Shown in pieces: positions 8,721-13,085 of a stretch of DNA of 32,000 nucleotides (the first letter of the stretch is position 1; each line of letters begins with the position of its first letter). Source of the stretch: Candidatus Methanoperedens sp. (GTDB lineage Archaea; Halobacteriota; Methanosarcinia; Methanosarcinales; Methanoperedenaceae); contig JBAQMZ010000029.1 of the NCBI GenBank assembly GCA_049303315.1, positions 105,703 to 137,702 of the forward strand. Direction: 5' to 3'. The notes beneath the pieces are model-generated. The model did not search any database, was not told the origin of the DNA, and saw only the letters and a list, made by a program, of their open reading frames with translations. Both the position numbers and the translations under genes were made by a program.

Positions 8721-8790
8721 TCACACCTCCCCCCACCACAGCACGTGACCACACCCTCACACACACAGCACACGCACACAGAGAGAAAAA
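8721..8790 (+). other. Strand-asymmetric C/A-rich, nearly T-free low-complexity tract in the left arm
   Basis: tcacacctccccccaccacagcacgtgaccacaccctcacacacacagcacacgcacacagagagaaaaa, with a central cacgtg palindrome. ORFs called across it translate to low-complexity Cys/Val/Gly or His/Thr/Pro strings. Confidence 0.5.
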
Positions 8791-8944
8791 AGTAAAACCG
8801 CTATCAAGCGGCGCTTTTATAAACACTATTCTTATAAAAAATGTAAATAAAATTCTCTCGATAACGATTATTTTAAATTTTATTAATATTATAAATAATT
8901 TACGCAAAAATCGCTATTGGTAAACACTTTTTATCTTAGGAAAA

Positions 8945-8981
8945 GCTTATATATAATAACAACTATATTACATAATCGTTA
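8945..8981 (+). promoter_or_regulatory. Candidate promoter/operator of the plus-strand cargo operon
   Basis: A TATA-like cttatatataat at about 8947-8958 is followed by taatcgtta (8973-8981). That 9-mer is the inverted partner of taacgatta at 8862-8870 and is related to the ttaacgatt tandem in the right arm. Confidence 0.3.
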
Positions 8982-9080
8982 CGTGTTGTCTGGTTGCAGG
9001 GAATCAAGTCTTTTTTCCCTGTAACTATTCCTGATTATAGGGAATATAGGCAGGTAACAGGAAAAGACCAGGAAGATAAC

Positions 9081-9620
9081 ATGTTGAATGAAATAAACAA
9101 TCCACTTAGTGGCGACACTATAAATCAAATAGTAGAAGATATTATAGGGGTTAATAAGGACAGCACAAACCGAATAGGACAACAACATTTAAAAGATATT
9201 ATACTTTGTGTTCATTCAAGAGCGCCTATAAAAAAAAGCACTCTTGTATCTATTTTGAGGGTAAAAATTCTAATCGGGGAAAGGTATGTAAACGAATATT
9301 TAGATGGTTTAGAAGCCTTAGAAATCATAAAACTTGATAAAAATATGATTCTTTGGAATTTTAACGATACTATAAAACCCGCAGAAATCCCCACAAAACA
9401 ACCATTAAATAATCATTTTAAACCCGATAAGAATGAGTTTAAAACGATAATAAAAGATGCTTCAAAGCAAATATATGACCAACGGGAAGAATTAAAAATT
9501 AAGGCAGATTCAGCCGAAGGAATCCCCTTTGAAGAAATGCTAAAACTCACGCCTTTTTCTGAATTGGGGATGAATCAGGAACAGTTTGAAACGTGGGTAT
9601 TAACACAAATTGAGGGTTAA
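9081..9620 (+). CDS. Winged-helix DNA-binding protein (putative element regulator)
   Basis: The segment KKSTLVSILRVKILIGERYVNEYLDGLEALEIIKLDKNMILWN reads as helix-turn-helix plus wing. ATG 9081 is preferred; the track starts at TTG 8994 in the same frame, so the start is uncertain. Confidence 0.55.
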   Translation: MLNEINNPLSGDTINQIVEDIIGVNKDSTNRIGQQHLKDIILCVHSRAPIKKSTLVSILRVKILIGERYVNEYLDGLEALEIIKLDKNMILWNFNDTIKPAEIPTKQPLNNHFKPDKNEFKTIIKDASKQIYDQREELKIKADSAEGIPFEEMLKLTPFSELGMNQEQFETWVLTQIEG

Positions 9621-9621
9621 T

Positions 9622-9846
9622 ATGCTATCTTTGAAAATTCGTTATCGGAAGAATGCAAAACCGACAGTTATTAATCTTGATGTTTCAGGTAATACAACTA
9701 TCGAAGAAATTGCAGAACAGGCAGCAAACAAGCTCGCAAAAGGGTTTAAAAGATATGCAACAGGTATTTCAGAAAGAAGCCTTGAAAAATACCGCTTTGC
9801 ACAATATATGATGTTGAAATTAAAGTTATCGGAGATGATTAAATAA
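9622..9846 (+). CDS. Hypothetical small protein (74 aa)
   Basis: ATG at 9622 preceded by gaggg (9612-9616). Its stop overlaps the next start (TAATG). Confidence 0.45.
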   Translation: MLSLKIRYRKNAKPTVINLDVSGNTTIEEIAEQAANKLAKGFKRYATGISERSLEKYRFAQYMMLKLKLSEMIK

Positions 9847-10121
9847 TGGCAAGAGATGTTGAAATTGAATTGGATTACGACAGTCAAACGGTAACTATTG
9901 TAAATCCTGATGGGGTTTATAGTTACGATATGACCGATGATATACTGAAATTAGCGAATGACTTGCTTGAAGGCGGTGCGGGATACAGTGTTTATTCGCA
10001 GGAAGACACATGGACGGAACAAATCAGCGATAAAATAGAGAAGCGCAGACAACTAAAAGAACAGTTGGCAGAGCTTGATGATGAAATCAGAGAAATAAAA
10101 GAAAAACATAAAGGAGGATGA
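9846..10121 (+). CDS. Hypothetical small acidic protein with a charged helical C-terminal tail (91 aa)
   Basis: Coupled start and stop with its neighbours. The C-terminus KIEKRRQLKEQLAELDDEIREIKEKHK looks like a coiled coil. Confidence 0.5.
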   Translation: MARDVEIELDYDSQTVTIVNPDGVYSYDMTDDILKLANDLLEGGAGYSVYSQEDTWTEQISDKIEKRRQLKEQLAELDDEIREIKEKHKGG

Positions 10122-10125
10122 AATA

Positions 10126-10818
10126 ATGGCAAATGAAGAACTTAAAGACCTTGTAGAAACCGCAAACAGACAAGATATAAGATTCCTGTTTAATCGCTTT
10201 GACTGTAACAATTTAGAAAAAGCTTTCCGTGTGGCACACGAATTAAATCAGAAAGTGGATAAACCGATATGCAAAGGCTTTATTGAAAAGGATGGAAAGC
10301 TATTCAAACAGATGTCAAAAACTGTATGGCGTGTGGGTAGGAATTATGACCGTAACGTAGTTCTCGAAGTGGATAACCACGATTTAAATAACCTGCGAGA
10401 GCTATATAATTTCTATAAGTCACTTCTTGGACAGGATTTTAACGTATTCAAAACCTTACATGGTTTTCACGTAATCCAGAAAGTAGCGTACAAAACAAAT
10501 GATGAATGGCTCTATGCTAACAGTTTGTTATTGAATCCGTCTTTGAAGTTAGAGGATTTAGCAGATTACGTTGAAAAGATAAAGGCTTTCGATAACAGTA
10601 AACGCAACGATGATACCGTAAAAGATACTCATAAACTGTTGGGCACAAAAGAAGATTACATTAGAGACTTTAAGAAATCTGGATTATTTCAAGGTACTGG
10701 CGAGTTCGACCTTCTATATACTATCCGTGGAATATGTTTTAATAAGTACACATTGAGAATATCAAAGAAAACACCAACTGACAAATACGAACGGGTAGAC
10801 ATGGAGAAATTGACATGA
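10126..10818 (+). CDS. Hypothetical protein (230 aa) with weak archaeo-eukaryotic primase / prim-pol-like motifs
   Basis: aggagg-like RBS (ggaggatg) upstream. Candidate motifs are VVLEVDNHD (acidic metal-binding strand), KTLHGFHVI (compare sGxGxHhh) and NDEWLYANSLLLNPS (compare hD...hhhPPS). The assignment rests on motifs only. Confidence 0.5.
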   Translation: MANEELKDLVETANRQDIRFLFNRFDCNNLEKAFRVAHELNQKVDKPICKGFIEKDGKLFKQMSKTVWRVGRNYDRNVVLEVDNHDLNNLRELYNFYKSLLGQDFNVFKTLHGFHVIQKVAYKTNDEWLYANSLLLNPSLKLEDLADYVEKIKAFDNSKRNDDTVKDTHKLLGTKEDYIRDFKKSGLFQGTGEFDLLYTIRGICFNKYTLRISKKTPTDKYERVDMEKLT

Positions 10819-11111
10819 AAATCGATAAAATACCAATAGAGGAGGCGTATAACCTCATTTTACATCCGATACAGCACATAATATCCATAAATCCACGGAT
10901 AATAACCCGTATGGAGTTGATTCTATTACATGCAGTTAATCCGGTGCTGGCAGATAAGGTATTCCAAGAAGGTAACCTATCGGATGAAGTGCGAGAATCA
11001 CTTACACCAACACCAGAACAATACAAAGCGAGATTAGTTGAGCAATATAGAATATGTGAAACAAAATCACATAAAAAAGGTTGGAAGAAATTTAAAAAAG
11101 GATTAAAATGA
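10815..11111 (+). CDS. Hypothetical protein (98 aa) with a basic C-terminal tail
   Basis: ATGA overlap with the upstream stop. Tail sequence KSHKKGWKKFKKGLK. Confidence 0.45.
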   Translation: MKIDKIPIEEAYNLILHPIQHIISINPRIITRMELILLHAVNPVLADKVFQEGNLSDEVRESLTPTPEQYKARLVEQYRICETKSHKKGWKKFKKGLK

Positions 11112-11284
11112 AGATTAGAGACGTTATAAAAATCCAAAGAAAAGAAGCAGTAAAAACTAAAACAAGTATCCGCTTTGCGCTAAAAAGCGATACTGATAAA
11201 GGTTTTTATTGTAGATTATTTGATAATCAAGTTAAGTTTTGCAGTATAACTTTTTGTAATTATTTAACTTTGTGTGAAAGATGA
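11108..11284 (+). CDS. Possible 58-aa Cys-containing ORF (below the track cutoff)
   Basis: ATGA overlap with the upstream stop. Translation MKIRDVIKIQRKEAVKTKTSIRFALKSDTDKGFYCRLFDNQVKFCSITFCNYLTLCER* contains four Cys residues. Confidence 0.3.
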   Translation: MKIRDVIKIQRKEAVKTKTSIRFALKSDTDKGFYCRLFDNQVKFCSITFCNYLTLCER

Positions 11285-11292
11285 AATTTAAA

Positions 11293-12336
11293 CTATAACA
11301 TTTTTTCAATTTTCCGTATCAATGGAAGGCTTTTAAGCTCTAATGGGTTAAGTACAAACATAAACTCATTCAAAGCAATATCAAAAGCATTATCTTTGAA
11401 GGTCATGCTCATTTTATCTTTTGTAAAAGTGAAATCAGTTGGTTTTATTCTTAATCCTAAAATCATCTCTATAACCTGACTGTCAATCCATACCCTATAA
11501 GGCTCTATGAAATCATAAACAAGCATATTCCAGTAAGGTTTTTGTGCTTCATTCTGATGCATGAAGCCTATGGATAGCTCAAAACCACGTTTTAATAATA
11601 GTTCACTCATTCTTTGAGCTAACAAAGAATAACCTAAATTCAACATGGAGTTTATCGGGTCAACTGCATTTTTATTACCTGATACTTTCCCGTGCCTGCC
11701 TTTCCAATTCCATTCTTTACCAAACACCCAGTTTTTGAAATATAGATTTGCTGAAATGGCTTCTATTTGCATAATCTCTTTTATATCCAGTGCCTTGTTA
11801 AGTTTAGGGATATAATCTTTCATGCCTTGCGATTCCAGTTTTAACTTTATCAAATATTTAGTTATCTCCAATGCTTTGCCGTTAATCCTTGATTCCACTT
11901 GTTTTATAATCAATGATGGTCTTTTAAAATTGAACGGTAAAAAGCTTGCATCAACTTTACCTTTGCTATCAATCCAGTATATTGCTATCGAATTAGCTTT
12001 AGCAAAATCAATAAAAGCAGTAGAAATATAACCTTTTCCATTAGGCGTTATGATAATTCTTTCAGTATTATGAAGGTCTATCGGATAATCCTTTTTAACC
12101 TCTATTTTTTTGTTGTGCTCTCTAAGGAATTTTAGATATAATTTACCATGATGATTTATTCTCTTTTCAGGTAATCCGGCTTTCTTATCCCGTTCTAATT
12201 GCTGGCTCATTAATTCGTCAATTTCACTATCGGTATAAGGTCTTTCTGTTGTTTCAATATGTGTAAATACGGGTTTAAGATTCTGCTTTCTTAGAGCAAA
12301 TAGACTATTTATCAATAATGACGATTCATTATTCAT
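11293..12336 (-). CDS. cas1: Cas1-family integrase homolog, solo (casposase-like)
   Basis: The Cas1 architecture is readable by eye. N-terminal beta domain: ERIIITPNGKGYISTAFIDFAKANSIAIYWIDSKGKVDASFLP. Glutamate motif: QIEAISANLYFKNW. Also NAVDPINSMLNLGYSLLAQ, histidine motif LSIGFMHQ and acidic motif LVYDFIEPYRVWID. No cas2, cas4 or CRISPR array in the window. Confidence 0.8.
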   Translation of the reverse strand: MNNESSLLINSLFALRKQNLKPVFTHIETTERPYTDSEIDELMSQQLERDKKAGLPEKRINHHGKLYLKFLREHNKKIEVKKDYPIDLHNTERIIITPNGKGYISTAFIDFAKANSIAIYWIDSKGKVDASFLPFNFKRPSLIIKQVESRINGKALEITKYLIKLKLESQGMKDYIPKLNKALDIKEIMQIEAISANLYFKNWVFGKEWNWKGRHGKVSGNKNAVDPINSMLNLGYSLLAQRMSELLLKRGFELSIGFMHQNEAQKPYWNMLVYDFIEPYRVWIDSQVIEMILGLRIKPTDFTFTKDKMSMTFKDNAFDIALNEFMFVLNPLELKSLPLIRKIEKML

Positions 12337-12409
12337 ACGAGTTCACCAATTTATATAAAGCTTCAATCCAATTTATAACTTGCCTATCCCTTAATTACGA
12401 GTTCACCAA
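12336..12409 (-). promoter_or_regulatory. cas1 promoter region: palindromic TATA box flanked by two 14-bp direct repeats
   Basis: tttatataaa at 12350-12359 has its upstream edge 23 nt from the A of the ATG, which implies a leaderless or near-leaderless mRNA. tacgagttcaccaa occurs at 12336-12349 (overlapping the start codon) and again at 12396-12409. Confidence 0.45.
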
Positions 12410-12519
12410 ACTGTTTTTTTGGGGTAGGTACTTTACTTTTCTTAGACTGCACCGCTTGTTAGTGATTATTTTGTGTGAATACGGGATACTCCGATTTTAG
12501 GGAAAGAGTATGAAGGTAT

Positions 12520-12595
12520 AATTGTACAAATAGGACAATAATTGTTAACGATTCTTAACGATTGTCAACCAGAACGAGAATCTAATTGCACAAAT
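12520..12595 (+). repeat. Right-arm subterminal repeats
   Basis: aattgtacaaat (12520-12531) and aattgcacaaat (12584-12595) match 11/12. They bracket a tandem ttaacgatt (12545-12553 and 12555-12563, 10-bp period). Confidence 0.6.
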
Positions 12596-12633
12596 GTATA
12601 AATAATAACATTAATATAAATAGGCGGGGGGCG
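12588..12633 (-). repeat. Right terminal inverted repeat
   Basis: The reverse complement reads cgccccccgc...gttattatttatacatttgtgc, pairing with 8597-8642. Confidence 0.7.
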
Positions 12634-12648
12634 TTAGCATATCGGCGC
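12633..12648 (+). repeat. Right copy of the 16-bp direct repeat (putative target-site duplication)
   Basis: gttagcatatcggcgc, identical to 8580-8595. Confidence 0.75.
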
Positions 12649-12710
12649 CGGGAGTTTAATATTTATGATGTGATAATAGTTCCTGTCAGTCCTGTTAATC
12701 CTGTCAAAAA
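12633..12710 (+). repeat. Repeat-module copy D, right part, continuing copy C
   Basis: gttagcatatcggcgccgggagtttaatatttatgatgtgataatagttcctgtcagtcctgttaatcctgtcaaaaa aligns with copy A. It has three tcctgt 9-mers where A has two. Confidence 0.75.
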
Positions 12711-12724
12711 TTCATGACACGGGG

Positions 12725-12776
12725 GTTGCTTCGGGAGCATACTGGCGCCGCCAATTTAATATTCACGATGTAATAT
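12725..12776 (+). repeat. Repeat-module copy E
   Basis: gttgcttcgggagcatactggcgccgccaatttaatattcacgatgtaatat. Confidence 0.7.
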
Positions 12777-12960
12777 ATGTATCTTTCGCCCCCCCATCGA
12801 GCACTTGCCTCTCCCACCCTCCCTGCGCTAAAACCCCACCTTTGCTTTGCACAATAGCAAAAGACTGGGATGATGGCAAGAAAGAGTGGGTATTTAAATA
12901 ATTCATGTCACCTGAGTTTATGTTGCATGAGATGGCAACGCTTCAACCGAGAGTAAACCC

Positions 12961-12986
12961 CCGCCTTCAGGCGGTGCCTCTTTTTC
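12961..12986 (+). terminator. Hairpin plus oligo-T, terminator-like
   Basis: ccgcc-ttca-ggcgg (12961-12974) is followed by tgcctcttttt. A second hairpin, ctgggc-gaa-gcccag, lies at 12997-13011. Confidence 0.3.
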
Positions 12987-13085
12987 CTCGTCGGGTCTGG
13001 GCGAAGCCCAGCGCAATGGCAAGTTTTAATATCAGATTAATGGGATTGATAGTATAATGAAGTCAAGTACACATAAGTGGTGAAA

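Larger units (their letters stand above)
8596..12632. mobile_element. Cas1-solo (casposase-like) integrative element of about 4.0 kb, lacking a family-B DNA polymerase
   Basis: Flanked by the 16-bp direct repeat, with inverted termini. The interior is AT-rich relative to the flanks. It interrupts a repeat module that exists uninterrupted elsewhere in the window. A Cas1 homolog is the only recombinase candidate. Confidence 0.7.

Noticed and set aside
8465-8907. Track ORFs 8465-8779(-), 8532-8795(+), 8542-8748(+) and 8710-8907(-), located in the junction and left arm of the element.
   Set aside because: Their translations are low-complexity (CVCCVC.., HTHTERKK, FLFILLYF..) and are driven by the C/A-rich and T-rich tracts. 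They overlap each other in several frames and straddle the insertion boundary, so they are not credible genes.
8979-11137. Minus-strand ORFs inside the cargo operon: 8979-9188, 9212-9394, 9642-9887 and 10739-11137.
   Set aside because: These are antisense shadows of a tightly coupled plus-strand operon in AT-rich DNA. They have no RBS or promoter context, and their composition is hydrophobic or low-complexity.
12318-12500. A 60-aa plus-strand ORF across the cas1 start and promoter.
   Set aside because: It overlaps the cas1 start codon, the TATA box and the 14-bp repeats, and has no recognisable features. It is more parsimoniously regulatory DNA.
8596-12632. The island as an integrated virus or plasmid using a tyrosine or serine recombinase.
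   Set aside because: No ORF shows R..H..R..Y-type or serine recombinase motifs. Inverted termini plus a 15-16-bp duplication are not the signature of att-site recombination.
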